DNA of 64,000 nucleotides from Eledone cirrhosa (taxonomy: Eukaryota), in assembly GCA_964016885.1 (NCBI GenBank), contig OZ024743.1, forward strand, positions 98,704,001-98,768,000. Direction: 5' to 3'. A program made the position numbers and the translations under genes. Below the pieces are notes generated by a model that was not told the DNA's origin, did no database searches, and was given only the letters and a program-made list of their open reading frames with translations. Shown one piece after another: positions 24,601 to 39,600 of the stretch (positions are counted from its first letter, which is position 1; every line of letters starts with the position of its first letter).

Positions 24601-27600
24601 ATATAGAGCAGTGGTTCTAGAAGGTTGAAAGACTATATACATCAGTGTTTCTAGAAGGTTGAACAATATAGATCAGTGGTTATAGAAGCTTGAACCACTG
24701 TATAGATCAGTGGTTCTAGAAGGTTGAACCACTGTATAGAGCAGTGGTTCTAAAACGTTGAACCATATAGAGCAGTGGTTCTAGAAGGTTGAACCATATA
24801 GAGCAGTGGTTCAAGAAGGTTGAACCACTGTATAGAGCAGTGGTTCTAGAATGTTGAACAACTGTATAGAGCAGTGGTTCTAGATGGTAGAACCACCGTT
24901 TAGATCAGTGGTTCTAGAAGGTTGAACCATATAGATCAGTGGTTCTAGAAGGTTTAACCACTGTATAGAGCAGTGGTTCTAGAAGGTTGAACCACTGTAT
25001 AGAGCAGTGGTTCTAGAAGGTTGAACCATATAGATCAGTGGTTCTAATATGTTGAACAACTGTATAGAGAAGTGGTTCTAGACGGTTTAACCACTCTATA
25101 GATCAGAGGTTCTAGAAGGTTGAACCACTGTATAGAACCGTGGTTCTAGGAGGTTTAACCATATAGATCAATGGTTCTAGAAGGTTGAACCATATAGAGC
25201 AGTGGTTCTAGAAGGTTGAACCATATAGAGCAGTGGTTCTAGAAGGTTGAACAACTGTATAGAGCAGTGGTTCTAGATGGTAGAACCACTATATAGATCA
25301 GTGGTTCTAGAAGGTTGAACCATATAGATCAGTGGTTCTAGAAAATTGAACCACTGTATAGAGCAGTGGTTCTAGACGGTTGAACCACTGTATAGAGCAG
25401 TGGTTCTAAAGGTTGAACCACTGTATAGAGCAGTGGATCTAGAAGGTTGAACCATATAGAGCAGTGGTTCAAGAAGGTTGAACCACTTTATAGAGCAGTG
25501 GTTCTAGAACGTTGAACGATATAGAGCAGTGGTTCTAGAAGGTTGAAAGACTATATACATCAGTGGTTCTAGAAGGTTGAACAATATAGATCAGTGGTTA
25601 TAGAAGCTTGAACCACTGTATAGATCAGTGGTTCTAGAAGGTTGAACAACTGTATAGAGCAGTGGGTCTATAAGGGTGAACCACTCTATAGAGCAGTGGT
25701 TCTAGAATGTTTAACCATATAGAGCAGCTTCTCTAGAAGGTTGAACCACTGTATAGAACAGTGGTTCTAGAAGGTTGAACCATATAGAGCAGTGGTTCAA
25801 GAAGATTGAACCACTGTATAGAGCAGTGATTCAAGAAGGTTGAACCCCCGTATAGAGCAGTGGTTCTAGAAGGTTGAACCACTCTATAGAGCAGTGGTTC
25901 TAGAAGGATGAACCACTCTATAGAGCAGTGGTTCTAGAAGGTTGAATCATATAGAGCAGTGGTTCAAGAAGGTTGAAAGACTGTATAGAGCAGTGGTACT
26001 AGAGGGGTGAACCAATCTATAGAGCAGTGGTTCTAAAAGGTTGAACCATATAGATCAGGGGTTCTAGAAGGCTGAACTATATAGAGCAGTGGTTTAGAAG
26101 GTTCAACCACTCTATAGAGCAGTTGTTCTAGAAGGTTGAACAACTGCATAGAGCAGTGGTTCTAGAAGGTTGAACCACTGTATAGAACAGTGGTTCTAGG
26201 AGGTTGAACCATATAGATCAATGGTTCTAGAAGGTTGAACCATATAGAGCAGTGGTTCTAGAAGGTTGAACCATATTGAGCAGTGGGTCTAGAAGGTTGA
26301 ACAACTGTATAGAGCAGTGGTTCTAGATGGTTGAACCACTGTATAGATCAGTGGGTCTAGAAGGTTGAACCATATAGATCAGTGGTTCTAGAAGGTTGAA
26401 CCACTGTATAGAGCAGTAGTTCTAGAAGTTTGAACCGCTGTATAGAGCAGTGGTTAAAGAAGGTTGAACCACTGTATAGATCAGTGGTTCTAGAAGGTTG
26501 AAACATATAGATTAGTGGTTCTATAAGTTTGAACCACTGTATAGAGCAGTGGTTTTAGAAGGTTGAACCATATAGAGCAGTGGTCCTAGAAGGTTGAACC
26601 ACTGTATAGAGCAGTGGATCTAGAAGGTTGAACCATATAGAGCAGTGGTTCAAGAAGGTTGAACCACTTTATAGAGCAGTGGTTCTAGAACGTTGAACGA
26701 TATAGAGCAGTGGTTCTAGAAGGTTGAAAGACTATATACATCAGTGGTTCTAGAAGGTTGAACAATATAGATCAGTGGTTATAGAAGCTTGAACCACTGT
26801 ATAGATCAGTGGTTCTAGAAGGTTGAACAACTGTATAGAGCAGTGGGTCTATAAGGGTGAACCACTCTATCGAACAGTGGTTATAGAAGGTTGAACCACT
26901 GTATAGAGCAGTGGTTCTAGAATGTTTAACCATATAGAGCAACTTCTCTAGAAGGTTGAACCACTGTATAGAGCAGTGGTTCTAGAAGGTTGAACCATAT
27001 AGAGCAGTGGTTCAAGAAGATTGAACCACTGTATAGAGCAGTGATTCAAGAAGGTTGAACCCCGTATAGAGCAGTGGTTCTAGAAGGTTGAACCACTCTA
27101 TAGAGCAGTGGTTCTAGAAGGTTGAACCACTCTATAGAGCAGTGGTTCTAGAAGGTTGAATCATATAGAGCAGTGGTTCAAGAAGGTTGAAAGACTGTAT
27201 AGAGCAGTGGTACTAGAAGGGTGAACCACTCTATAGAGCAGTGGTTCTAGAAGGTTGAACCATATAGATCAGGGGTTCTAGAAGGCTGAACTATATAGAG
27301 CAGTGGTTTTAGAATTTTCAACCACTCTATAGAGCAGTTGGTCTAGAAGGTTGAACAACTGTATAGAGCAGTGGTTCTAGAAGGTTGAACCACTGTATAG
27401 ATCAGTGGTTCGAGAATGTTGAACCATATAGAACAGTGGTTCTGGAAGGTTGAACCTATCTATAGTTCAGTGGTTCTAGAATGTTGAACCATATACATCA
27501 GTGGTTCTAGAAGTTTGACCCACTGCATAGAGCAGTGGTTCTAGAAGGTTGAATCATATAGATCAGTGGTTTTAGAAGGTTGATCCATTCTATAGAGGAG

Positions 27601-30600
27601 TGGTTCAAGAAGGTTGAACCACTGCATAGAGCAGTGGTTCAAGCACTTTAAACCACCGTATAGAGCAGTGGTTCTAGAAGGTTGAACCGCTATATAGAGC
27701 AGTGGTTAAAGAAGGTTGAACCACTGTATAGATCAGTAGATCTAGACGGTTGAACCACTGTATAAAGCAGTGGTTCTAGAAGGTTGAACCATATAGATCA
27801 GTGGTTCTAGAAGGTTGAACTGCTCTATAGAGCAGTGGTTCTAGAAGGTTGAACCATATAGATCAGTGGTTCTAGAAGGTTGAACAAACTGTATAGAGCA
27901 TTGGTTCTGGAAGGTTGAACAACTGTATAGAGCAGTGGTCCTAGAAGTTTGAGCCATATAGAGCAGTGGTTCTAGAAGGTTGAACCATATAGATGAGAGG
28001 TTCTAAAATGTTGAACAACTGTATAGAGCAGAGGTTCTAGACGGTTGAACCAATCTATAGATCAGTGGTTCTAGATGGTTGAATCACTGTATAGAACAGT
28101 GGTTCTAGAAGGTTGAACCATATAGATCAATGGTTCTAGAAGGTTGAACCATATAGAGCAGTGGTTCTAGAAGTGTTGAACCATATAGATCAATGATTCT
28201 AGAAGGTTGAACCACTGTATAGAGCAGTGGTTCTAGAAGGTTGAACCGCTGTATAGAGCAGTGGTTCTAGAAGGTTGAAACATATAGATCAGTGGTTCTA
28301 GAAGGTTGAACCATATAGAGCAGTGGTTCAAGAAGGTTGAACCACTGTATAGAGCAGTGGTTTTAGAAGGTTGAACAACTGTATAGAGCAGTGGTTCTAG
28401 AAGGTTGAAACATATAAATCAGTGGTTCTAGAAAGTTGAACCATATATATCAGTGGTTCAAGAAGGTTGAACCCCTGTACAGAGCAGTGGTTCTAGAAGG
28501 TTGAACAACTGTATAGAGCAGTGGTTCTAGATGGTTGAACAACTGTATAGAGCAGTGGTTCAAGAAGGTTGAACCACCGTATAGAGCAGTGGTTTTAGAA
28601 GGTTGAACCACTTTATAGAGCAGTGGTTCTAGAACGTTGAACCATATAGAGCAGTGGTTCTAGAAGGTTGAAAGACTATATACATCAGTGTTTCTAGAAG
28701 GTTGAACAATATAGATCAGTGGTTATAGAAGCTTGAACCACTGTATAGATCAGTGGTTCTAGAAGGTTGAACCACTGTATAGAGCAGTGGTTCTAAAACG
28801 TTGAACCATATAGAGCAGTGGTTCTAGAAGGTTGAACCATATAGAGCAGTGGTTCAAGAAGGTTGAACCACTGTATAGAGCAGTGGTTCTAGAATGTTGA
28901 ACAACTGTATAGAGCAGTGGTTCTAGATGGTAGAACCACCGTTTAGATCAGTGGTTCTAGAAGGTTGAACCATATAGATCAGTGGTTCTAGAAGGTTTAA
29001 CCACTGTATAGAGCAGTGGTTCTAGAAGGTTGAACCACTGTATAGAGCAGTGGTTCTAGAAGGTTGAACCATATAGATCAGTGGTTCTAATATGTTGAAC
29101 AACTGTATAGAGAAGTGGTTCTAGACGGTTTAACCACTCTATAGATCAGAGGTTCTAGAAGGTTGAACCACTGTATAGAACCGTGGTTCTAGGAGGTTTA
29201 ACCATATAGATCAATGGTTCTAGAAGGTTGAACCATATAGAGCAGTGGTTCTAGAAGGTTGAACCATATAGAGCAGTGGTTCTAGAAGGTTGAACAACTG
29301 TATAGAGCAGTGGTTCTAGATGGTAGAACCACTATATAGATCAGTGGTTCTAGAAGGTTGAACCATATAGATCAGTGGTTCTAGAAAATTGAACCACTGT
29401 ATAGAGCAGTGGTTCTAGACGGTTGAACCACTGTATAGAGCAGTGGTTCTAAAGGTTGAACCACTGTATAGAGCAGTGGATCTAGAAGGTTGAACCATAT
29501 AGAGGAGTGGTTCAAGAAGGTTGAACCACGGTATAGAGCAGTGGTTTAAGAAAGTTGAACTACTCTATAGAGCAGTTGTTCTAGAAGGTTGAACAACTGT
29601 ATAGAGCAGTAGATCTAGAAGGTTGGACCATATAGAGCAGTGGTTCTAGAAGGTTGAACCATATAGAGCAGTGGTTAAAGAAGGATGAATCACTGTATAG
29701 AGCAGTGGTTCTAGAAGGTTGTACAACCGTATAGAGCAGTCGTTCTAGATGGTTGAACCACTGTATAGAGCAGTGGTTCAAGAAGGTTGAACCACCGTAT
29801 AGAGTGGTGGTTTTAGAAGGTTGAACCACTTTATAGAGCAGTGGTTCTAGAACGTTGAACCATATAGAGCAGTGGTTCTAGAAGGTTGAAAGACTATATA
29901 CATCAGTGTTTCTAGAAGGTTGAACAATATAGATCAGTGGTTATAGAAGCTTGAACCACTGTATAGATCAGTGGTTCTAGAAGGTTGAACAACTGTATAG
30001 AGCAGTGGGTCTATAAGGTTGAACCACTCTATGGAGCAGTGGTTCTAGAAGGTTGAACCACAGTATAGAGCAGTGGTTCTAGAATGTTTAACCATATAGA
30101 GCAGCTTCTCTAGAAGGTTGAACCACTGTATAGAGCAGTGGTTCTAGAAGGTTGACCTATATATATATCAGTGGTTTTCAAAGGGTGAACCACTGTATAG
30201 AGCAGTGGTTCTTGAAAGTTGAACCATATAGAGCAGTGGTTTTCAAAGTGTGAACCACTGTATAGAACAGTGGTTTCCAAAGGGTGAACCACTGTATAGA
30301 GCAGTGGTTCTAGAAAGTTGAACCATATAGAGCAGTGATTCCAGAAGTTTGAACTACTGCATAGATCAGTGGTTCTAGAAGGTTGAATCATATAGATCAG
30401 TGGTTTTAGAAGGTTGAACCACTGTATAGAGCAGTGGTTCTAGAAGGTTGAACCACTGCATAGAGCAGTGCTTCAAGCAGTTTAAACCACCGTATAGAGC
30501 AGTGGTTTTAGAAGGTTGAACCACTCTATAGATCACTGGTTCTAGAAGGTTGAACCATATAGATTAGTGGTTCTAGAAGGTTGAACCACTGTATAGAGCA

Positions 30601-33600
30601 GTGGTTCGAGAAGGGTGTACCACTCTATAGGGCAGTGGTTCTAGAAGGTTGAACCACTGTATAGATCAGTGATTCTAGAAGGTTGAACCACTGTATAGAG
30701 CAGTGGTTTTGAAGGTTGAATTATATAGAGCAGTGGTTCTAGAAGGTTGAACCATATAGAGCAGTTGTTCTAGAAGGTTGAACCACTGAATAGAGCAGTG
30801 GTTCAAGAAGGTTGAACCACTGTACAGAGCAGTGGTTCTAGAAGGTTGAACCACGGTATAGAGCAGTGGTTTTAGAAGCTTGAACCACTGTATAGATCAG
30901 TGGTTCTTGAAGGTTGAACTATATACATCAGTGGTTCTAGAAGGTTGAACCACTGTATAGAACAGTGGTTCTAGAAGGGTGAACCACTCCATAGAGCAGT
31001 GGTTCTAGAAGGGTGAACCACTCTATAGAGCAGTGGTTCTAGAAGGTTGAACCTTATAGATCAGGGGTTCTAGAAGGCTGAACTATATAGAGCAGTGGTT
31101 TTAGAAGTTTCAACCACTCTATAGAGCAGTTGGTCTAGAAGGTTGAACAACTGTATAGAGCAGTGGTTCTAGAAGGTTGAACCACTGTATAGATCAGTGG
31201 TTCGAGAATGTTGAACCATATAGAACAGTGGTTCTGGAAGGTTGAACCTATCTATAGATCAGTGGTTCTAGAATGTTGAACCATATAGAGCATTGGTTCT
31301 AGAAGGGTGAACCACTGTATAGAGCAGTGGTTCTAGAAGGTTGAATCATATAGATCAGTGGTTTTAGAAGGTTGATCCATTCTATAGAGCAGTGGTTCAA
31401 GAAGGTTGAACCACTGTATAGAGCAGTGGTTCTAGAAGGTTGAACCACTGTATAGAGCAGTGGTTTTAGAAGGTTGAACAACTGTATAGAGCAGTGGTTC
31501 TAGAAGGTTGAAACATATAGATCAGTGGTTCTAGAAAGTTGAACCATATATATCAGTGGTTCAAGAAGGTTGAACCCCTGTACAGAGCAGTGGTTCTAGA
31601 AGGTTGAACAACTGTATAGAGCAGTGGTTCTAGATGGTTGAACAACTGTATAGAGCAGTGGTTCAAGAAGGTTGAACCACCGTATAGAGCAGTGGTTTTA
31701 GAAGGTTGAACCACTTTATAGAGCAGTGGTTCTAGAACGTTGAACCATATAGAGCAGTGGTTCTAGAAGGTTGAAAGACTATATACATCAGTGTTTCTAG
31801 AAGGTTGAACAATATAGATCAGTGGTTATAGAAGCTTGAACCACTGTATAGATCAGTGGTTCTAGAAGGTTGAACCACTGTATAGAGCAGTGGTTCTAAA
31901 ATGTTGAACCATATAGAGCAGTGGTTCTAGAAGGTTGAACCATATAGAGCAGTGGTTCAAGAAGGTTGAACCACTGTATAGAGCAGTGGTTCTAGAATGT
32001 TGAACAACTGTATAGAGCAGTGGTTCTAGATGGTAGAACCACCGTTTAGATCAGTGGTTCTAGAAGGTTGAACCATATAGATCAGTGGTTCTAGAAGGTT
32101 TAACCACTGTATAGAGCAGTGGTTCTAGAAGGTTGAACCACTGTATAGAGCAGTGGTTCTAGAAGGTTGAACCATATAGATCAGTGGTTCTAATATGTTG
32201 AACAACTGTATAGAGAAGTGGTTCTAGACGGTTTAACCACTCTATAGATCAGAGGTTCTAGAAGGTTGAACCACTGTATAGAACCGTGGTTCTAGGAGGT
32301 TTAACCATATAGATCAATGGTTCTAGAAGGTTGAACCATATAGAGCAGTGGTTCTAGAAGGTTGAACCATATAGAGCAGTGGTTCTAGAAGGTTGAACAA
32401 CTGTATAGAGCAGTGGTTCTAGATGGTAGAACCACTATATAGATCAGTGGTTCTAGAAGGTTGAACCATATAGATCAGTGGTTCTAGAAAATTGAACCAC
32501 TGTATAGAGCAGTGGTTCTAGACGGTTGAACCACTGTATAGAGCAGTGGTTCTAAAGGTTGAACCACTGTATAGAGCAGTGGATCTAGAAGGTTGAACCA
32601 TATAGAGGAGTGGTTCAAGAAGGTTGAACCACGGTATAGAGCAGTGGTTTAAGAAAGTTGAACTACTCTATAGAGCAGTTGTTCTAGAAGGTTGAACAAC
32701 TGTATAGAGCAGTAGATCTAGAAGGTTGGACCATATAGAGCAGTGGTTCTAGAAGGTTGAACTATATAGAGTACTGGTTAAAGAAGGATGAATCACTGTA
32801 TAGAGCAGTGGTTCTAGAAGGTTGTACAACCGTATAGAGCAGTCGTTCTAGATGGTTGAACCACTGTATAGAGCAGTGGTTCAAGAAGGTTGAACCACCG
32901 TATAGAGTGGTGGTTTTAGAAGGTTGAACCACTTTATAGAGCAGTGGTTCTAGAACGTTGAACCATATAGAGCAGTGGTTCTAGAAGGTTGAAAGACTAT
33001 ATACATCAGTGTTTCTAGTAGGTTGAACAATATAGATCAGTGGTTATAGAAGCTTGAACCACTGTATAGATCAGTGGTTCTAGAAGGTTGAACAACTGTA
33101 TAGAGCAGTGGGTCTATAAGGTTGAACCACTCTATGGAGCAGTGGTTCTAGAAGGTTGAACCACAGTATAGAGCAGTGGTTCTAGAATGTTTAACCATAT
33201 AGAGCAGCTTCTCTAGAAGGTTGAACCACTGTATAGAGCAGTGGTTCTAGAAGGTTGACCTATATATATATCAGTGGTTTTCAAAGGGTGAACCACTGTA
33301 TAGAGCAGTGGTTCTTGAAAGTTGAACCATATAGAGCAGTGGTTTTCAAAGGGTGAACCACTGTATAGAGCAGTGGTTTCCAAAGGGTGAACCACTGTAT
33401 AAAGCAGTGGTTCTAGAAAGTTGAACCATATAGAGCAGTGATTCCAGAAGTTTGAACTACTGCATAGATCAGTGGTTCTAGAAGGTTGAATCATATAGAT
33501 CAGTGGTTTTAGAAGGTTGAACCACTGTATAGAGCAGTGGTTCTAGAAGGTTGAACCACTGCATAGAGCAGTGCTTCAAGCAGTTTAAACCACCGTATAG

Positions 33601-36600
33601 AGCAGTGGTTTTAGAAGGTTGAACCACTCTATAGATCACTGGTTCTAGAAGGTTGAACCATATAGATTAGTGGTTCTAGAAGGTTGAACCACTGTATAGA
33701 GCAGTGGTTCGAGAAGGGTGTACCACTCTATAGGGCAGTGGTTCTAGAAGGTTGAACCACTGTATAGATCAGTGATTCTAGAAGGTTGAACCACTGTATA
33801 GAGCAGTGGTTTTGAAGGTTGAATTATATAGAGCAGTGGTTCTAGAAGGTTGAACCATATAGAGCAGTTGTTCTAGAAGGTTGAACCACTGAATAGAGCA
33901 GTGGTTCAAGAAGGTTGAACCACTGTATAGAGCAGTGGTTCTAGAAGGTTGAACCACGGTATAGAGCAGTGGTTTTAGAAGCTTGAACCACTGTATAGAT
34001 CAGTGGTTCTTGAAGGTTGAACTATATACATCAGTGGTTCTAGAAGGTTGAACCACTGTATAGAACAGTGGTTCTAGAAGGGTGAACCACTCCATAGAGC
34101 AGTGGTTCTAGAAGGGTGAACCACTCTATAGAGCAGTGGTTCTAGAAGGTTGAACCTTATAGATCAGGGGTTCTAGAAGGCTGAACTATATAGAGCAGTG
34201 GTTTTAGAAGTTTCAACCACTCTATAGAGCAGTTGGTCTAGAAGGTTGAACAACTGTATAGAGCAGTGGTTCTAGAAGGTTGAACCACTGTATAGATCAG
34301 TGGTTCGAGAATGTTGAACCATATAGAACAGTGGTTCTGGAAGGTTGAACCTATCTATAGATCAGTGGTTCTAGAATGTTGAACCATATAGAGCATTGGT
34401 TCTAGAAGGGTGAACCACTGTATAGAGCAGTGGTTCTAGAAGGTTGAATCATATAGATCAGTGGTTTTAGAAGGTTGAATCATATAGATCAGTGGTTTTA
34501 GAAGGTTGATCCATTCTATAGAGCAGTGGTTCAAGAAGGTTGAACCACTGCATAGAGCAGTGGTTCAAGCACTTTAAACCACCGTATAGAGCAGTGGTTC
34601 TAGAAGGTTGAACCGCTATATAGAGCAGTGGTTAAAGAAGGTTGAACCACTGTATAGATCAGTAGATCTAGACGGTTGAACCACTGTATAAAGCAGTGGT
34701 TCTAGAAGGTTGAACCATATAGATCAGTGGTTCTAGAAGGTTGAACTGCTCTATAGAGCAGTGGTTCTAGAAGGTTGAACCATATAGATCAGTGGTTCTA
34801 GAAGGTTGAACAAACTGTATAGAGCATTGGTTCTGGAAGGTTGAACAACTGTATAGAGCAGTGGTCCTAGAAGTTTGAGCCATATAGAGCAGTGGTTCTA
34901 GAAGGTTGAACCATATAGATGAGAGGTTCTAAAATGTTGAACAACTGTATAGAGCAGAGGTTCTAGACGGTTGAACCAATCTATAGATCAGTGGTTCTAG
35001 ATGGTTGAATCACTGTATAGAACAGTGGTTCTAGAAGGTTGAACCATATAGATCAATGGTTCTAGAAGGTTGAACCATATAGAGCAGTGGTTCTAGAAGT
35101 GTTGAACCATATAGATCAATGATTCTAGAAGGTTGAACCACTGTATAGAGCAGTGGTTCTAGAAGGTTGAACCGCTGTATAGAGCAGTGGTTCTAGAAGG
35201 TTGAAACATATAGATCAGTGGTTCTAGAAGGTTGAACCATATAGAGCAGTGGTTCAAGAAGGTTGAACCACTGTATAGAGCAGTGGTTTTAGAAGGTTGA
35301 ACAACTGTATAGAGCAGTGGTTCTAGAAGGTTGAAACATATAAATCAGTGGTTCTAGAAAGTTGAACCATATATATCAGTGGTTCAAGAAGGTTGAACCC
35401 CTGTACAGAGCAGTGGTTCTAGAAGGTTGAACAACTGTATAGAGCAGTGGTTCTAGATGGTTGAACAACTGTATAGAGCAGTGGTTCAAGAAGGTTGAAC
35501 CACCGTATAGAGCAGTGGTTTTAGAAGGTTGAACCACTTTATAGAGCAGTGGTTCTAGAACGTTGAACCATATAGAGCAGTGGTTCTAGAAGGTTGAAAC
35601 ACTGTATAGATCAGTGGTTCTAGAAGGTTGAACCATATAGATCAGTGGTTATAGAAGGTTGAACCACTGTATAGATCAGTGGTTCTAGAAGGTTGAACCA
35701 CTGTATAGAGCAGTGGTTCTAAAACGTTGAACCATATAGAGCAGTGGTTCTAGAAGGTTGAACCATATAGAGCAGTGGTTCAAGAAGGTTGAACCACTGT
35801 ATAGAGCAGTGGTTCTAGAAGGTTGAACAACTGTATAGAGCAGTGGTTCTAGATGGTAGAACCACCGTTTAGATCAGTGGTTCTAGAAGGTTGAACCATA
35901 TAGATCAGTGGTTCTAGAAGGTTTAACCACTGTATAGAGCAGTGGTTCTAGAAGGTTGAACCACTGTATAGAGCAGTGGTTCTAGAAGGTTGAACCATAT
36001 AGATCAGTGGTTCTAATATGTTGAACAACTGTATAGAGAAGTGGTTCTAGACGGTTTAACCACTCTATAGATCAGAGGTTCTAGAAGGTTGAACCACTGT
36101 ATAGAACCGTGGTTCTAGGAGGTTTAACCATATAGATCAATGGTTCTAGAAGGTTGAACCATATAGAGCAGTGGTTCTAGAAGGTTGAACCATATAGAGC
36201 AGTGGTTCTAGAAGGTTGAACAACTGTATAGAGCAGTGGTTCTAGATGGTAGAACCACTATATAGATCAGTGGTTCTAGAAGGTTGAACCATATAGATCA
36301 GTGGTTCTAGAAAATTGAACCACTGTATAGAGCAGTGGTTCTAGACGGTTGAACCACTGTATAGAGCAGTGGTTCTAGAAGGTTGAACCATATAGATCAG
36401 TGGTTCTAGAAGGTTGAAACATATAGATTAGTGGTTCTATTAGGTTGAACCACTGTATAGAGCAGTGGTTTTAGAAGGTTGAACCATATAGAGCAGTGGT
36501 TCTAAAGGTTGAACCACTGTATAGAGCAGTGGATCTAGAAGGTTGAACCATATAGAGGAGTGGTTCAAGAAGGTTGAACCACGGTATAGAGCAGTGGTTT

Positions 36601-39600
36601 AAGAAAGTTGAACCACTCTATAGAGCAGTTGTTCTAGAAGGTTGAACAACTGTATAGAGCAGTAGATCTAGAAGGTTGGACCATATAGAGCAGTGGTTCT
36701 AGAAGGTTGAACCATATAGAGCAGTGGTTAAAGAAGGATGAATCACTGTATAGGGCAGGGGTTCTAGAAGGTTGTACAACTGTATAGAGCAGTCGTTCTA
36801 GATGGTTGAACCACTGTATAGAGCAGTGGTTTTAGAAGGTTGAACAACTGTATAGAGCAGTGGTTCTAGAAGGTTGAAACATATAGATCAGTGGTTCTAG
36901 AAAGTTGAACCATATATAGCAGTGGTTCAAGAAGGTTGAACCCCTGTACAGAGCAGTGGTTCTAGAAGGTTGAACAACTGTATAGAGCAGTGGTTCTAGA
37001 TGGTTGAACAACTGTATAGAGCAGTGGTTCAAGAAGGTTGAACCACCGTATAGAGCAGTGGTTTTAGAAGGTTGAGCCACTGTATAGAGCAGTGGTTCTA
37101 GAAGGTTGTACAACTGTATAGAGCAGTCGTTCTAGATGGTTGAACCACTGTATAGAGCAGTGGTTCAAGAAGGTTGAACCACCGTATAGAGTGGTGGTTT
37201 TAGAAGGTTGAACCACTTTATAGAGCAGTGGTTCTAGAACGTTGAACCATATAGAGCAGTGGTTCTAGAAGGTTGAAAGACTATATACATCAGTGTTTCT
37301 AGAAGGTTGAACAATATAGATCAGTGGTTATAGAAGCTTGAACCACTGTATAGATCAGTGGTTCTAGAAGGTTGAACAACTGTATAGAGCAGTGGGTCTA
37401 TAAGGTTGAACCACTCTATGGAGCAGTGATTCTAGAAGGTTGAACCACTGTATAGAGCAGTGGTTCTAGAATGTTTAACCATATAGAGCAGCTTCTCTAG
37501 AAGGTTGAACCACTGTATAGAGCAGTGGTTCTAGAAGGTTGAACCATATAGAGCAGTGGTTCAAGAAGATTGAACCACTGTATAGAGCAGTGATTCAAGA
37601 AGGTTGAACCCCCGTATAGATCAGTGGTTCTAGAAGGTTGAACCGCTGTATAGAGCAGTGGTTCTAGAAGGATGAAACATATAGATCAGTGGTTCTAGAA
37701 GGTTGAACCATATAGAGCAGTGGTTCAAGAAGGTTGAACCACTGTATAGAGCAGTGGTTTTAGAAGGTTGAACAACTGTATAGAGCAGTGGTTCTAGAAG
37801 GTTGAAACATATAGATCAGTGGTTCTAGAAAGTTGAACCATATATATCAGTGGTTCAAGAAGGTTGAACCTCTGTACAGAGCAGTGGTTCTAGAAGGTTG
37901 AACAACTGTATAGAGCAGTGGTTCTAGATGGTTGAACAACTGTATAGAGCAGTGGTTCAAGAAGGTTGAACCACCGTATAGAGCAGTGGTTTTAGAAGGT
38001 TGAGCCACTGTATAGAGCAGTGGTTCTAGAACGTTGAACCATATAGAGCAGTGGTTCTAGAAGGTTGAAACACTGTATAGATCAGTGGTTCTAGAAGGTT
38101 GAACCATATAGATCAGTGGTTATAGAAGGTTGAACCACTGTATAGATCAGTGGTTCTAGAAGGTTGAACCACTGTATAGAGCAGTGGTTCTAAAACGTTG
38201 AACCATATAGAGCAGTGGTTCTAGAAGGTTGAACCATATAGATCAGTGGTTCTAGAAGGTTTAACCACTGTATAGAGCAGTGGTTCTAGAAGGTTGAACC
38301 ACTGTATAGAGCAGTGGTTCTAGAAGGTTGAACCATATAGATCAGTGGTTCTAATATGTTGAACAACTGTATAGAGAAGTGGTTCTAGACGGTTTAACCA
38401 CTCTATAGATCAGAGGTTCTAGAAGGTTGAACCACTGTATAGAACCGTGGTTCTAGGAGGTTTAACCATATAGATCAATGGTTCTAGAAGGTTGAACCAT
38501 ATAGAGCAGTGGTTCTAGAAGGTTGAACCATATAGAGCAGTGGTTCTAGAAGGTTGAACAACTGTATAGAGCAGTGGTTCTAGATGGTAGAACCACTATA
38601 TAGATCAGTGGTTCTAGAAGGTTGAACCATATAGATCAGTGGTTCTAGAAAATTGAACCACTGTATAGAGCAGTGGTTCTAGACGGTTGAACCACTGTAT
38701 AGAGCAGTGGTTCTAGAAGGTTGAACCATATAGATCAGTGGTTCTAGAAGGTTGAAACATATAGATTAGTGGTTCTATTAGGTTGAACCACTGTATAGAG
38801 CAGTGGTTTTAGAAGGTTGAACCATATAGAGCAGTGGTTCTAAAGGTTGAACCACTGTATAGAGCAGTGGATCTAGAAGGTTGAACCATATAGAGGAGTG
38901 GTTCAAGAAGGTTGAACCACGGTATAGAGCAGTGGTTTAAGAAAGTTGAACCACTCTATAGAGCAGTTGTTCTAGAAGGTTGAACAACTGTATAGAGCAG
39001 TAGATCTAGAAGGTTGGACCATATAGATCAGTGGTTCTAGAAAATTGAACCACTGTATAGAGCAGTGGTTCTAGAAGGTTGAAACACTGTATAGATCAGT
39101 GGTTCTAGAACGTTGAACCATATAGATCAGTGGTTCTAAAATGTTGAACAACTGTATAGAGAAGTGGTTCTAGATTGTTTAACCACTCTATAGATCAGAG
39201 GTTCTAGAAGGTTGAACCACTGTATAGAACAGTGGTTCTAGGAGGTTGAACCATATAGATCAATGGTTCTAGAAGGTTGAACCATATAGAGCAGTGGTTC
39301 TAGAAGGTTGAACCATATAGTATAGTGGTTCTAGAGGGTTGAACCATATAGATCAGTGGTTCCAGAAGGTTGAACCACTGTATAGATCAGTGGTTCTAGA
39401 CGGTTGAACCACTGTATAGAGCAGTGGTTCTAGAAGGTTGAACCATATAGATCAGTGGTTCTAGAAGGTTGAAACATATAGATTAGTGGTTCTATAAGGT
39501 TGAACCACTCTATAGAGCAGTGGTTTTAGAAGGTTGAACCATATAGAGCAGTGGTTCTAAAGGTTGAACCACTGTATAGAGCAGTGGATCTAGAAGGTTG

